DNA of 64,000 nucleotides from Escherichia coli (GTDB lineage Bacteria; Pseudomonadota; Gammaproteobacteria; Enterobacterales; Enterobacteriaceae): NCBI RefSeq assembly GCF_003991155.1, contig NZ_CP031295.1; one strand, 5' to 3'. Shown piece by piece: positions 52,760 to 64,000 of this stretch (position 1 is its first letter; each line of letters starts with the position of its first letter). The notes under the pieces were generated by a model. It saw only the letters and a program-made list of their open reading frames with translations, ran no database searches and was not told where the DNA came from. The position numbers and the translations under genes were made by a program.

Positions 52760-54132
52760 TGCCACGCATTAAACCTCTTCTGGTTCTTTGTGCTGCTTTA
52801 CTGACGGTCACACCCGCAGCGTCAGCGGATGTGAACAGCGACATGAATCAGTTCTTTAACAAGCTGGGCTTCGCCTCCAATACCACACAGCCGGGCGTCT
52901 GGCAGGGGCAGGCCGCCGGTTATGCTTACGGTGGCTCCCTGTATGCCCGTACTCAGGTCAAAAATGTTCAGCTGATTTCCATGACGCTGCCGGATATCAA
53001 TGCCGGATGTGGCGGCATCGACGCCTATCTCGGCTCGTTCAGCTTTATTAATAGCGAGCAGTTGCAGCGTTTTGTTAAGCAGATTATGAGCAATGCTGCC
53101 GGTTACTTCTTTGACCTTGCCCTGCAGACAACGGTGCCGGAAATCAAAACCGCAAAAGACTTCCTGCAGAAAATGGCAAGCGACATTAACAGTATGAACC
53201 TCAGTTCCTGCCAGGCGGCGCAGGGGATTATTGGCGGGCTTTTCCCCCGGACGCAGGTGTCCCAGCAAAAAGTCTGTCAGGACATTGCCGGTGAGAGCAA
53301 TATTTTTGCTGACTGGGCTGCTTCCCGGCAGGGATGTACCGTTGGCGGGAAATCTGACAGCGTCAGGGATAAAGCCAGCGACAAGGATAAGGAGCGGGTG
53401 ACCAAAAACATTAACATCATGTGGAATGCGCTTTCCAAAAACAGAATGTTTGACGGCAACAAAGAGCTGAAAGAGTTTGTGATGACGCTGACCGGCTCAC
53501 TGGTGTTTGGTCCCAACGGCGAAATCACACCGCTGTCGGCCAGAACCACTGACCGCTCAATTATCCGGGCCATGATGGAAGGCGGCACAGCAAAAATTTA
53601 TCACTGCAACGATTCTGATAAATGCCTGAAAGTGGTGGCAGACACACCGGTGACTATAAGCCGGGATAATGCACTGAAGTCTCAGATTACTAAACTTCTG
53701 GCCAGCATTCAGAACAAGGCGGTCAGTGACACGCCTCTGGATGACAAGGAAAAAGGCTTTATTTCCAGTACCACCATCCCCGTCTTCAAATACCTGGTTG
53801 ACCCGCAGATGCTCGGTGTTTCCAACAGCATGATTTACCAGCTGACGGACTATATCGGTTACGACATCCTGCTGCAGTACATTCAGGAGCTGATACAGCA
53901 GGCCCGGGCGATGGTGGCCACGGGAAATTATGACGAAGCAGTTATCGAACATATTAACGACAATATGAATGATGCCACCCGGCAGATTGCGGCGTTTCAG
54001 TCACAGGTGCAGGTACAGCAGGATGCGCTGCTGGTTGTCGATCGTCAGATGAGCTACATGCGTCAGCAGCTTTCCGCCCGCATGCTCAGTCGTTACCAGA
54101 ACAACTATCACTTCGGAGGGAGCACGCTGTGA
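52756..54132 (+). CDS. traH: TraH
   Basis: 458-aa ORF with signal peptide. Confidence 0.9.
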   Translation: MMPRIKPLLVLCAALLTVTPAASADVNSDMNQFFNKLGFASNTTQPGVWQGQAAGYAYGGSLYARTQVKNVQLISMTLPDINAGCGGIDAYLGSFSFINSEQLQRFVKQIMSNAAGYFFDLALQTTVPEIKTAKDFLQKMASDINSMNLSSCQAAQGIIGGLFPRTQVSQQKVCQDIAGESNIFADWAASRQGCTVGGKSDSVRDKASDKDKERVTKNINIMWNALSKNRMFDGNKELKEFVMTLTGSLVFGPNGEITPLSARTTDRSIIRAMMEGGTAKIYHCNDSDKCLKVVADTPVTISRDNALKSQITKLLASIQNKAVSDTPLDDKEKGFISSTTIPVFKYLVDPQMLGVSNSMIYQLTDYIGYDILLQYIQELIQQARAMVATGNYDEAVIEHINDNMNDATRQIAAFQSQVQVQQDALLVVDRQMSYMRQQLSARMLSRYQNNYHFGGSTL

Positions 54133-56951
54133 ATGAAGTTTATGTGATTGCCGGTGGTGAGTGGTTGCGGAATAACCTGAATGCCATTGCCGCCTTTATG
54201 GGAACCCGGACGTGGGATTCCATTGAGAAAATTGCTCTCACCCTGTCTGTTGTTGCGGTGGCCTTTATGTGGGTACAGCGCCATAACGTGATGGATTTGC
54301 TGGGCTGGGCGGCGGTGTTTGTACTTATCAGCCTGCTGGTTAATATCCGCACATCGGTGCAGATTATTGATAACAGTGACCTGGTCAAAGTTCACCGGGC
54401 GGATAATGTGCCGGTCGGACTGGCGATGCCACTTTCACTGACGACCCGTATCGGGCATGCAATGGTGGCCAGTTACGAGATGATCTACACGCAACCGGAC
54501 AGTTTCACCTACAGCAAAACGGGGATGCTGTTTGGTGCAGAACTGGTATCAAAAAGCACTGACTTTTTGTCTCGTAATCCGGAAATCGCCAATCTTTTCC
54601 AGGATTATGTGCAGAACTGCGTGATGGGGGATATTTACCTGAACCACAAATACACGCTGGAGGAGCTGATGGCCTCCTCTGATCCCTACACGCTGATTTT
54701 TTCCCGTCCCAGTCCGCTGCGGGGCGTTTATGACAGCAATAATAATTTCGTAACCTGTAAGGATGCGTCGGTTTCGTTGAAAGACAAGCTGAATCTGGAC
54801 ACACAGAGTGGCGGAAAAACCTGGCATTATTATGCCCAGCAGTTATTTGGTGGTCGCCCTGATCCGAACCTGTTGTTCAGTACGCTGATTGGCGACAGTT
54901 ACCGTTACTTCTATGACTCAAGTAAATCAGCCAGCCAGATCATCCGCCAGAATGTCACCATTAATGCGCTGAAGGAGGGGATCACCAGTTATGCAGCACG
55001 TAATGGTGACTCAGCCAGCCTGGTGAATCTGGCCACCACGTCATCGATGGAGAAGCAACGTCTGGCACATGTCTCCATCGGTCATGTGGCGATGCGGACA
55101 CTGCCCATGACGCAGACCATCCTGACGGGGATCGCCATTGGTATTTTCCCGCTTCTGGTACTGGCGGCTGTCTTCAACAAACTGACGCTGTCCGTCCTGA
55201 AAGGCTATGTGTTTGCCCTGATGTGGTTGCAGTCATGGCCAATGTTGTACGCCATTCTGAACAGCGCCATGACATTTTATGCGAAGCAGAATGGTGCACC
55301 GGTGGTGCTCTCGGAAATTTCACAGATACAGCTGAAATACTCCGATCTGGCTTCCACTGCCGGGTATCTTTCCATGATGATCCCGCCATTATCCTGGATG
55401 ATGGTCAGGGGACTCGGGGCCGGATTTTCCAGTGTGTACAGCCATTTCGCTTCCTCTGCTATCAGCCCGACTGCCAGTGCGGCAGGTAGTGTGGTTGACG
55501 GTAATTACTCCTACGGCAACATGCAGACGGAAAACGTGAACGGATTCAGCTGGAGCACCAACAGCACCACGTCGTTTGGTCAGATGATGTACCAGACCGG
55601 CAGTGGCGCAACCGCTACACAGACCCGTGACGGTAATATGGTGATGGATGCAAGCGGAGCGATGTCCCGGTTACCGGTCGGCATCAATGCAACGCGTCAG
55701 ATTGCGGCGGCACAACAGGAAATGGCCCGGGAAGCATCGAACAGAGCAGAAAGTGCCCTGCATGGGTTCAGCAGCAGTATTGCCAGTGCCTGGAACTCGC
55801 TCAGTCAGTTTGGTTCTAACCGGGGGAGCAGTGATTCTGTCACCGGTGGTGCTGACAGCACGATGAGCGCACAGGACTCCATGATGGCCAGCCGTATGCG
55901 CAGCGCAGTGGAAAGCTATGCGAAGGCGCATAATATCAGTAATGAGCAGGCGACAAGAGAACTGGCATCAAGAAGTACGAGAGGTTCTGCGGGGATGTAT
56001 GGCGATGCTCATGCTGAATGGGGGGTTAAACCTAAAATTCTTGGTGTTGGTGGTGGCGTAGGTGTTAGAGGTGGTGGTCGGGCAAGTATTGACTGGAGTG
56101 ATGAGGATGCGCATCAGGCCAGCAGTGGTTCACGGGCCAGCCATGATGCTCGCCATGATATCGATGCCAGGGCTACACAAGACTTTAAAGAGGCCAGCGA
56201 TTACTTTACCAGTCGCAAGGTCAGTGAATCCGGCAGCCATACGGACAATAATGCCGATTCCCGTGTGGACCAGCTGTCTGCAGCCCTGAACTCAGCAAAA
56301 CAGAGTTACGACCAGTACACGACGAATATGACCCGCAGCCATGAATATGCTGAAATGGCATCCCGTACTGAAAGCATGAGTGGGCAGATGAGTGAAGACC
56401 TGTCGCAACAGTTTGCACAGTATGTGATGAAACACGCGCCGCAGGATGCCGAAGCTATTCTGACAAACACCAGTTCACCGGAGATTGCAGAACGCCGTCG
56501 GGCTATGGCGTGGTCTTTTGTTCAGGAACAGGTGCAGCCTGGTGTTGATAATGCCTGGCGTGAATCCCGTGGGGACATCGGTAAAGGAATGGAGAGCGTA
56601 CCTTCGGGTGGTGGCAGCCAGGATATTATTGCTGATCATCAGGGGCATCAGGCCATTATTGAGCAAAGAACGCAGGACAGTAATATCCGTAATGATGTAA
56701 AACATCAGGTTGATAATATGGTCACAGAATACCGAGGCAATATCGGAGATACTCAGAGCAGCATACGTGGCGAAGAAAATATTGTAGGAAGACAGTATTC
56801 TGAACTACAAAATCACCATAAAACAGAGGCATTATCTCAGAATAATAAATATAATGAAGAAAAATCGGGTCAGGAAAGAATGCCCGGGGCTGACAGTCCA
56901 CAGGAACTGATGAAAAGAGCAAAGGAGTATCAGGATAAGCACAAGCAATAA
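54129..56951 (+). CDS. traG: Mating-pair stabilisation / entry-exclusion determinant TraG
   Basis: 940-aa ORF, polytopic N-terminal half and hydrophilic C-terminal half. Confidence 0.9.
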   Translation: MNEVYVIAGGEWLRNNLNAIAAFMGTRTWDSIEKIALTLSVVAVAFMWVQRHNVMDLLGWAAVFVLISLLVNIRTSVQIIDNSDLVKVHRADNVPVGLAMPLSLTTRIGHAMVASYEMIYTQPDSFTYSKTGMLFGAELVSKSTDFLSRNPEIANLFQDYVQNCVMGDIYLNHKYTLEELMASSDPYTLIFSRPSPLRGVYDSNNNFVTCKDASVSLKDKLNLDTQSGGKTWHYYAQQLFGGRPDPNLLFSTLIGDSYRYFYDSSKSASQIIRQNVTINALKEGITSYAARNGDSASLVNLATTSSMEKQRLAHVSIGHVAMRTLPMTQTILTGIAIGIFPLLVLAAVFNKLTLSVLKGYVFALMWLQSWPMLYAILNSAMTFYAKQNGAPVVLSEISQIQLKYSDLASTAGYLSMMIPPLSWMMVRGLGAGFSSVYSHFASSAISPTASAAGSVVDGNYSYGNMQTENVNGFSWSTNSTTSFGQMMYQTGSGATATQTRDGNMVMDASGAMSRLPVGINATRQIAAAQQEMAREASNRAESALHGFSSSIASAWNSLSQFGSNRGSSDSVTGGADSTMSAQDSMMASRMRSAVESYAKAHNISNEQATRELASRSTRGSAGMYGDAHAEWGVKPKILGVGGGVGVRGGGRASIDWSDEDAHQASSGSRASHDARHDIDARATQDFKEASDYFTSRKVSESGSHTDNNADSRVDQLSAALNSAKQSYDQYTTNMTRSHEYAEMASRTESMSGQMSEDLSQQFAQYVMKHAPQDAEAILTNTSSPEIAERRRAMAWSFVQEQVQPGVDNAWRESRGDIGKGMESVPSGGGSQDIIADHQGHQAIIEQRTQDSNIRNDVKHQVDNMVTEYRGNIGDTQSSIRGEENIVGRQYSELQNHHKTEALSQNNKYNEEKSGQERMPGADSPQELMKRAKEYQDKHKQ

Positions 56952-56953
56952 TA

Positions 56954-57469
56954 TTGTATGGGGAGATGATAATGAAAAATTTAGCTCATATTGCTCTGGT
57001 GACGGTGATACAGTTCATTGCCTGTTATCTGGCTGATTGGGGGAGTGCCGAAACAGTTTTTATCCTGTGCTTTATTGTACTATGGCAGGGATTGTTTATA
57101 TGGTTATTTTCTCAAATACGAAAAAAACGGCATGTGTCGGATGAGTTTAAATTCAGTAAAGGCGTTTGGTATATACTGATGCCAGTATCTTCCTTACTCT
57201 CTCCGTTATTAAGCCTGATGGTTTTTATCATTGGTACACTATACGAATTAAGGCGAATTAGTGGTTGTGTAAGTGTAAGAGAATGGATGCAATCTCAGGT
57301 AAATGAACAAACTAATGAAGATTTGCATCTGGATTTTGATGATGTGAATTTTGATTATGTGGATTTTTATCGTACTAATCCGGCAACAGGATTAGCTATG
57401 CATGGAGGATTTGATTCAGCAGGAAATACTTTTGGGACTTGTTGGCAGGACTATGATGACAGGCGATAA
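56954..57469 (+). CDS. traS: Entry exclusion inner-membrane protein TraS
   Basis: 171-aa hydrophobic ORF between traG and traT. Confidence 0.65.
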   Translation: MYGEMIMKNLAHIALVTVIQFIACYLADWGSAETVFILCFIVLWQGLFIWLFSQIRKKRHVSDEFKFSKGVWYILMPVSSLLSPLLSLMVFIIGTLYELRRISGCVSVREWMQSQVNEQTNEDLHLDFDDVNFDYVDFYRTNPATGLAMHGGFDSAGNTFGTCWQDYDDRR

Positions 57470-57500
57470 GAAAACTGTGGTTTGTAATAAAGGTAATTTG

Positions 57501-58232
57501 ATGAAAACAAAAAAATTGATGATGGTTGCACTGGTCAGTTCCACTCTGGCCCTTTCAGGGTGTGGTGCGATGAGCACAGCAATCAAGAAGCGTAACCTTG
57601 AGGTGAAGACTCAGATGAGTGAGACCATCTGGCTTGAACCCGCCAGCGAACGCACGGTATTTCTGCAGATCAAAAACACGTCTGATAAAGACATGAGTGG
57701 GCTGCAGGGCAAAATTGCTGATGCTGTGAAAGCAAAAGGATATCAGGTGGTGACTTCTCCGGATAAAGCCTACTACTGGATTCAGGCGAATGTGCTGAAG
57801 GCCGATAAGATGGATCTGCGGGAATCTCAGGGATGGCTGAACCGTGGTTATGAAGGCGCAGCAGTTGGTGCAGCGTTAGGTGCCGGTATCACCGGATATA
57901 ATTCCAGTTCTGCCGGTGCCACACTCGGTGTGGGCCTTGCTGCCGGTCTGGTGGGTATGGCTGCAGATGCGATGGTGGAAGATGTGAACTATACCATGAT
58001 CACGGATGTGCAGATTGCAGAGCGTACTAAGGCAACGGTGACAACGGATAATGTTGCCGCCCTGCGTCAGGGCACATCAGGTGCGAAAATTCAGACCAGT
58101 ACTGAAACAGGTAACCAGCATAAATACCAGACCCGTGTGGTCTCAAATGCAAACAAGGTTAACCTGAAATTTGAAGAGGCGAAGCCTGTTCTCGAAGACC
58201 AGCTGGCCAAATCAATTGCAAATATTCTCTGA
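57501..58232 (+). CDS. traT: Surface exclusion / serum-resistance lipoprotein TraT
   Basis: ORF 57402..58232; start at [21 protein letters not shown] (lipobox) gives 243 aa. Confidence 0.92.
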   Translation: MKTKKLMMVALVSSTLALSGCGAMSTAIKKRNLEVKTQMSETIWLEPASERTVFLQIKNTSDKDMSGLQGKIADAVKAKGYQVVTSPDKAYYWIQANVLKADKMDLRESQGWLNRGYEGAAVGAALGAGITGYNSSSAGATLGVGLAAGLVGMAADAMVEDVNYTMITDVQIAERTKATVTTDNVAALRQGTSGAKIQTSTETGNQHKYQTRVVSNANKVNLKFEEAKPVLEDQLAKSIANIL

Positions 58233-58484
58233 TTATCTTCCGGAGGCTGGTCTGACCGGCCTCCTGACTGACGCCTCGCTTTGCTCGTTGTCCAACCCCG
58301 GAAAGAAATAAAATAAATTTTATTTCTCCCCGGCGTTTCCGAAATAAATATGAAAACAATGAGCGGTTGTGCAAATTCTTTGTGCGACCGTGAAGTGTTG
58401 CCGGCGAAGCCGGAATTTAACGGTTATTAATCTTTTCATCATTAATAATCAGTCCGACTGACTTTCTTTCTTCGGAATATCATC

Positions 58485-60692
58485 ATGAGTTTTAACGCAA
58501 AGGATATGACCCAGGGCGGTCAGATTGCGTCCATGCGTATCCGCATGTTCAGCCAGATCGCCAATATCATGCTTTACTGCCTGTTTATTTTTTTCTGGAT
58601 ACTCGTTGGTCTGGTTTTATGGGTAAAAATAAGCTGGCAGACGTTTGTGAACGGCTGTATTTACTGGTGGTGTACCACGCTGGAAGGTATGCGGGATTTA
58701 ATCAGGTCCCAGCCGGTCTATGAGATCCAGTATTACGGCAAAACCTTCCGGATGAACGCTGCTCAGGTACTGCATGATAAATATATGATCTGGTGCGGAG
58801 AGCAGCTATGGTCCGCATTCGTTCTGGCCACAGTTGTGGCACTGGTTATTTGCCTGATTACCTTCTTTGTTGTCTCCTGGATTCTGGGGCGTCAGGGTAA
58901 ACAACAGAGCGAAAATGAAGTCACAGGTGGTCGTCAGCTGACAGACAATCCGAAAGACGTTGCCCGGATGCTGAAAAAAGACGGCAAGGACTCCGATATA
59001 CGGATTGGCGACCTGCCGATTATCCGGGATTCCGAAATCCAGAACTTCTGTCTGCACGGCACGGTCGGGGCCGGTAAGTCGGAAGTTATCCGTCGTCTGG
59101 CCAACTACGCCCGTCAGCGTGGAGATATGGTGGTGATTTATGACCGTTCAGGGGAATTTGTTAAAAGTTACTATGATCCCTCCATCGATAAAATCCTGAA
59201 TCCGCTGGATGCCCGCTGTGCCGCCTGGGATTTGTGGAAGGAGTGCCTGACACAGCCGGATTTTGATAATACCGCGAACACGCTGATCCCGATGGGCACA
59301 AAAGAGGACCCGTTCTGGCAGGGTTCAGGACGTACCATTTTTGCGGAAGCGGCGTACCTGATGCGTAATGACCCCAACCGCAGCTACAGCAAACTGGTGG
59401 ACACACTGCTTTCCATCAAAATCGAAAAACTGCGTACCTTCCTGCGTAATTCACCGGCGGCCAACCTGGTGGAAGAGAAAATTGAGAAAACGGCGATTTC
59501 CATCCGTGCTGTGCTGACCAACTACGTGAAAGCCATCCGTTACCTGCAGGGGATTGAGCATAACGGTGAGTCTTTTACCATCCGTGACTGGATGCGTGGT
59601 GTCCGGGAAGATCAGAAAAACGGCTGGCTGTTTATCTCGTCGAATGCCGACACCCATGCCTCCCTGAAGCCGGTGATCTCCATGTGGCTGTCCATTGCCA
59701 TTCGTGGTCTGCTGGCAATGGGAGAAAACCGTAACCGTCGTGTGTGGTTTTTCTGTGATGAGCTACCCACGTTACACAAACTGCCGGACCTGGTGGAGAT
59801 CCTGCCGGAAGCCCGTAAGTTCGGTGGCTGTTATGTGTTTGGTATCCAGTCCTATGCCCAGCTGGAAGATATCTACGGTGAGAAAGCGGCTGCCACGCTG
59901 TTTGACGTCATGAACACCCGTGCCTTTTTCCGTTCTCCCAGCCATAAGATTGCAGAGTTCGCTGCCGGTGAGATTGGTGAGAAAGAGCACCTGAAAGCCA
60001 GCGAGCAGTATTCCTACGGTGCTGATCCGGTACGTGACGGGGTATCGACCGGTAAGGATATGGAGCGCCAGACGCTGGTCAGTTATTCCGACATTCAGTC
60101 TCTGCCGGATCTGACCTGTTATGTCACCCTGCCCGGACCGTATCCGGCAGTAAAACTCTCTCTGAAATATCAGACACGACCGAAGGTCGCTCCGGAGTTT
60201 ATTCCGCGTGACATCAACCCGGAAATGGAGAACCGTCTGAGTGCCGTACTTGCCGCAAGGGAAGCAGAAGGTCGTCAGATGGCCAGCCTCTTCGAACCGG
60301 ATGTGCCGGAAGTTGTTTCCGGAGAAGACGTGACTCAGGCTGAACAGCCGCAACAGCCGCAACAGCCGCAACAGCCGCAACAGCCGCAACAGCCGCAACA
60401 GCCGCAACAGCCGGTGTCTTCTGCCATCAACGATAAGAAGTCAGATTCAGGTGTGAATGTTCCGGCAGGGGGGATCGAGCAGGAGCTGAAAATGAAACCG
60501 GAAGAAGAGATGGAACAGCAACTGCCACCCGGGATCAGTGAATCCGGTGAAGTGGTGGATATGGCCGCTTATGAGGCATGGCAACAGGAAAATCATCCGG
60601 ACATCCAGCAGCAGATGCAGCGTCGTGAAGAGGTGAACATTAATGTGCACCGGGAGCGTGGGGAGGATGTTGAGCCGGGAGATGATTTCTGA
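58485..60692 (+). CDS. traD: Type IV coupling protein TraD
   Basis: 735-aa ORF with Walker A GTVGAGKS and C-terminal QQP repeats. Confidence 0.95.
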   Translation: MSFNAKDMTQGGQIASMRIRMFSQIANIMLYCLFIFFWILVGLVLWVKISWQTFVNGCIYWWCTTLEGMRDLIRSQPVYEIQYYGKTFRMNAAQVLHDKYMIWCGEQLWSAFVLATVVALVICLITFFVVSWILGRQGKQQSENEVTGGRQLTDNPKDVARMLKKDGKDSDIRIGDLPIIRDSEIQNFCLHGTVGAGKSEVIRRLANYARQRGDMVVIYDRSGEFVKSYYDPSIDKILNPLDARCAAWDLWKECLTQPDFDNTANTLIPMGTKEDPFWQGSGRTIFAEAAYLMRNDPNRSYSKLVDTLLSIKIEKLRTFLRNSPAANLVEEKIEKTAISIRAVLTNYVKAIRYLQGIEHNGESFTIRDWMRGVREDQKNGWLFISSNADTHASLKPVISMWLSIAIRGLLAMGENRNRRVWFFCDELPTLHKLPDLVEILPEARKFGGCYVFGIQSYAQLEDIYGEKAAATLFDVMNTRAFFRSPSHKIAEFAAGEIGEKEHLKASEQYSYGADPVRDGVSTGKDMERQTLVSYSDIQSLPDLTCYVTLPGPYPAVKLSLKYQTRPKVAPEFIPRDINPEMENRLSAVLAAREAEGRQMASLFEPDVPEVVSGEDVTQAEQPQQPQQPQQPQQPQQPQQPQQPVSSAINDKKSDSGVNVPAGGIEQELKMKPEEEMEQQLPPGISESGEVVDMAAYEAWQQENHPDIQQQMQRREEVNINVHRERGEDVEPGDDF
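60345..60404 (+). repeat. In-frame CAGCCGCAA repeat in traD encoding QP(QQP)6
   Basis: Seven CAGCCG units separated by CAA, read directly in sequence. Confidence 0.9.
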
Positions 60693-63600
60693 TGATGAGT
60701 ATCGCGCAGGTCAGATCGGCCGGAAGTGCCGGTAACTATTATACCGACAAGGATAATTACTATGTGCTGGGCAGCATGGGAGAACGCTGGGCCGGCAGGG
60801 GGGCTGAACAGCTGGGACTGCAGGGCAGTGTCGATAAGGATGTTTTTACCCGTCTTCTGGAGGGAAGGCTGCCGGACGGAGCGGATCTAAGCCGCATGCA
60901 GGATGGCAGTAATAAGCATCGTCCCGGCTACGACCTGACCTTCTCCGCCCCCAAAAGTGTCTCCATGATGGCCATGTTAGGTGGCGATAAGCGCCTGATT
61001 GATGCACATAACCAGGCCGTGGACTTTGCTGTTCGTCAGGTGGAGGCGCTGGCCTCCACACGGGTTATGACGGACGGACAGTCAGAAACGGTGCTGACCG
61101 GTAATCTGGTGATGGCACTGTTTAACCACGACACCAGTCGCGATCAGGAACCACAGCTACACACGCATACGGTGGTGGCTAATGTCACGCAGCATAACGG
61201 CGAATGGAAGACACTGAGCAGTGACAAAGTGGGGAAAACGGGGTTCATTGAGAATGTGTACGCTAATCAGATTGCCTTTGGCAGGCTCTACCGGGAAAAA
61301 CTGAAAGAGCAGGTTGAGGCGCTGGGCTATGAAACCGAAGTGGTGGGTAAGCACGGTATGTGGGAGATGCCGGGCGTACCGGTGGAGGCCTTTTCCGGAC
61401 GCTCACAGGCTATCCGGGAGGCCGTCGGGGAAGATGCCTCGCTGAAATCCCGGGATGTGGCGGCACTGGATACGCGAAAATCCAAACAGCACGTCGATCC
61501 TGAAGTCAGAATGGCTGAATGGATGCAGACGCTGAAGGAAACCGGGTTCGACATCCGGGCATATCGTGACGCGGCGGATCAGCGTGCGGAGACCCGCACG
61601 CAGGCGCCCGGGGCTGTTTCACAGGAGGGGCCGGATGTGCAGCAGGCGGTGACACAGGCGATTGCCGGATTAAGTGAACGAAAAGTGCAGTTTACGTACA
61701 CGGACGTGCTGGCCAGAACGGTCGGTATACTGCCGCCGGAAAATGGTGTGATTGAACGGGCACGCGCCGGTATCGATGAGGCCATCAGTCGTGAGCAGCT
61801 TATCCCCCTCGATCGTGAGAAGGGGCTGTTCACATCAGGAATTCATGTGCTCGATGAGCTGTCCGTCCGGGCACTCAGTCGTGACATCATGAAACAGAAC
61901 CGGGTGACCGTACATCCGGAGAAAAGTGTCCCCCGGACGGCTGGTTACAGCGATGCGGTCAGTGTTCTGGCACAGGACCGTCCGTCGCTGGCCATTGTGT
62001 CCGGGCAGGGCGGTGCAGCCGGGCAGCGTGAGCGGGTGGCTGAACTGGTCATGATGGCCCGGGAGCAGGGGCGGGAAGTGCAGATTATCGCTGCTGACCG
62101 TCGCTCGCAGATGAACCTGAAGCAGGATGAACGGCTGTCCGGTGAGCTGATAACCGGACGTCGTCAGCTGCTGGAAGGCATGGCTTTCACGCCGGGCAGT
62201 ACCGTTATCGTTGACCAGGGCGAAAAACTCTCCCTGAAAGAGACATTAACCCTGCTGGACGGTGCCGCACGTCATAACGTACAGGTCCTGATAACCGACA
62301 GTGGGCAGCGAACCGGTACAGGCAGTGCGCTGATGGCCATGAAGGATGCCGGGGTGAACTCATATCGCTGGCAGGGGGGAGAACAGCGACCGGCCACCAT
62401 CATCAGTGAACCGGACCGTAATGTCCGCTATGCCCGGCTGGCCGGAGATTTTGCGGCCAGCGTGAAAGCCGGAGAAGAGAGCGTGGCACAGGTCAGCGGA
62501 GTACGGGAACAGGCCATACTGACACAGGCCATTCGCAGTGAGCTGAAAACACAGGGCGTGCTCGGACACCCGGAGGTAACCATGACCGCCCTGTCACCGG
62601 TCTGGCTGGACAGCCGGAGCCGTTACCTGCGGGATATGTACCGCCCGGGGATGGTGATGGAGCAGTGGAACCCGGAGACACGCAGTCATGACCGCTATGT
62701 GATAGACCGGGTGACGGCGCAGAGTCACAGCCTGACCCTGCGGGATGCGCAGGGTGAAACGCAGGTGGTGCGTATTTCTTCTCTGGACAGCAGCTGGTCG
62801 CTGTTCCGGCCGGAGAAAATGCCGGTGGCAGACGGCGAGCGTCTGAGGGTGACAGGGAAAATTCCCGGACTCCGCGTCTCCGGCGGTGACCGCCTGCAGG
62901 TGACATCCGTCAGTGAAGATGCGATGACGGTTGTTGTGCCGGGACGTGCTGAACCGGCCTCCCTGCCTGTGGCTGATTCACCGTTCACGGCACTGAAGCT
63001 GGAGAACGGCTGGGTGGAAACGCCCGGGCATTCCGTCAGCGACAGTGCGACGGTTTTTGCCTCCGTCACACAGATGGCAATGGACAACGCCACCCTGAAC
63101 GGTCTGGCCCGCAGCGGTCGTGATGTCCGGCTGTATTCATCGCTGGATGAAACCCGTACTGCGGAAAAACTTGCCCGCCATCCCTCCTTTACGGTGGTTT
63201 CTGAGCAGATAAAGGCGCGTGCCGGTGAGATATTGCTGGAAACCGCTATCAGTCTGCAGAAAGCAGGGCTTCACACGCCGGCACAGCAGGCCATTCATCT
63301 GGCCCTTCCTGTGCTGGAAAGTAAAAACCTGGCCTTCAGCATGGTGGACCTGCTGACAGAGGCGAAGTCGTTTGCTGCAGAAGGAACCAGTTTTACTGAC
63401 CTGGGAGGGGAAATCAATGCGCAGATAAAACGCGGTGATTTACTGTATGTGGATGTGGCAAAAGGCTATGGCACAGGCCTGCTGGTTTCCCGTGCGTCGT
63501 ATGAGGCTGAAAAAAGCATTCTTCGCCATATTCTCGAAGGTAAGGAGGCGGTCACGCCGCTGATGGAGAGAGTACCTGGCGAACTCATGGAGAAACTGAC

Positions 63601-64000
63601 ATCAGGACAGCGCGCCGCCACCCGCATGATACTGGAAACGTCCGACCGTTTCACGGTGGTGCAGGGCTATGCCGGTGTGGGGAAGACCACACAGTTCCGG
63701 GCGGTGATGTCAGCCGTGAACATGCTGCCGGAGAGTGGGCGTCCCCGTGTCGTGGGGCTGGGTCCCACGCACCGCGCGGTCGGGGAGATGCGCAGCGCCG
63801 GCGTGGATGCACAGACACTGGCGTCATTTCTGCATGACACGCAGCTGCAGCAGCGCAGCGGAGAAACACCGGATTTCAGCAACACGCTGTTCCTGCTCGA
63901 TGAGAGCTCAATGGTGGGCAATACCGACATGGCACGGGCATACGCCCTGATTGCGGCCGGTGGTGGTCGTGCCGTGGCCAGCGGTGACACGGACCAGCTG
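60692..64000 (+). CDS. traI: Relaxase/helicase TraI, N-terminal ~1100 codons (3' end beyond window)
   Basis: ATG 60692 overlapping traD stop; [43 protein letters not shown]... with relaxase His motif HTHTVVANVTQ; open to the window end. Confidence 0.93.
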   Translation, partial: MMSIAQVRSAGSAGNYYTDKDNYYVLGSMGERWAGRGAEQLGLQGSVDKDVFTRLLEGRLPDGADLSRMQDGSNKHRPGYDLTFSAPKSVSMMAMLGGDKRLIDAHNQAVDFAVRQVEALASTRVMTDGQSETVLTGNLVMALFNHDTSRDQEPQLHTHTVVANVTQHNGEWKTLSSDKVGKTGFIENVYANQIAFGRLYREKLKEQVEALGYETEVVGKHGMWEMPGVPVEAFSGRSQAIREAVGEDASLKSRDVAALDTRKSKQHVDPEVRMAEWMQTLKETGFDIRAYRDAADQRAETRTQAPGAVSQEGPDVQQAVTQAIAGLSERKVQFTYTDVLARTVGILPPENGVIERARAGIDEAISREQLIPLDREKGLFTSGIHVLDELSVRALSRDIMKQNRVTVHPEKSVPRTAGYSDAVSVLAQDRPSLAIVSGQGGAAGQRERVAELVMMAREQGREVQIIAADRRSQMNLKQDERLSGELITGRRQLLEGMAFTPGSTVIVDQGEKLSLKETLTLLDGAARHNVQVLITDSGQRTGTGSALMAMKDAGVNSYRWQGGEQRPATIISEPDRNVRYARLAGDFAASVKAGEESVAQVSGVREQAILTQAIRSELKTQGVLGHPEVTMTALSPVWLDSRSRYLRDMYRPGMVMEQWNPETRSHDRYVIDRVTAQSHSLTLRDAQGETQVVRISSLDSSWSLFRPEKMPVADGERLRVTGKIPGLRVSGGDRLQVTSVSEDAMTVVVPGRAEPASLPVADSPFTALKLENGWVETPGHSVSDSATVFASVTQMAMDNATLNGLARSGRDVRLYSSLDETRTAEKLARHPSFTVVSEQIKARAGEILLETAISLQKAGLHTPAQQAIHLALPVLESKNLAFSMVDLLTEAKSFAAEGTSFTDLGGEINAQIKRGDLLYVDVAKGYGTGLLVSRASYEAEKSILRHILEGKEAVTPLMERVPGELMEKLTSGQRAATRMILETSDRFTVVQGYAGVGKTTQFRAVMSAVNMLPESGRPRVVGLGPTHRAVGEMRSAGVDAQTLASFLHDTQLQQRSGETPDFSNTLFLLDESSMVGNTDMARAYALIAAGGGRAVASGDTDQL

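Noticed and set aside
58245..58330. Hairpins after traT (GGAGGCTGGTC...GACCGGCCTCC and GAAATAAAAT-aa-ATTTTATTTC) as intrinsic terminator
   Set aside because: Plausible traT terminator structures, but the first lacks a T-tract and I cannot distinguish function by eye; not listed as a feature.

Overview
This window reads as a contiguous slice of an IncF (RepFIB) ColV/ColBM-type virulence-conjugative plasmid of Enterobacteriaceae (E. coli / Salmonella lineage). All identifications rest on my recollection of the protein families from the supplied translations and on motifs read directly in the sequence; no database search was run. Order: cmi (partial) - cma - cbi - 3' remnant of cba; an orphan 93-aa ORF; Fur box + cvi + cvaC truncated by IS1; IS1 copy 1; an AT-rich decayed segment; int + RepFIB repA flanked by iterons; IS21-family istA and umuC-like fragments; IS1 copy 2; sitABCD behind a Fur/MntR operator; eno fragment + crcB; shiF; iucABCD-iutA with the classic Fur box; IS1 copy 3 (inverted); sopAB-sopC; a compacted leading region (Frpo-like repeat, ssb, yubL-like, psiB, psiA, hok/mok/sok, second Frpo-like repeat, two leading-region ORFs, orf169); oriT; and an F-like tra operon traM to traI (traI runs off the window end). 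I did not find a convincing wholly new system; almost everything is explained by known IncF/ColV biology. Most worth a second look: (1) a block of homopolymer-type frameshifts confined to traC-trbI-traW-traU, (2) two Frpo-like leading-region repeats, one with its central hairpin arm replaced, (3) an orphan inverted RepFIB-like iteron pair 19 kb from repA, (4) an eno fragment + crcB module that looks like a captured fluoride-resistance operon, (5) immunity-only colicin loci (cba and cvaC both truncated), (6) three IS1 copies, none with target-site duplications.
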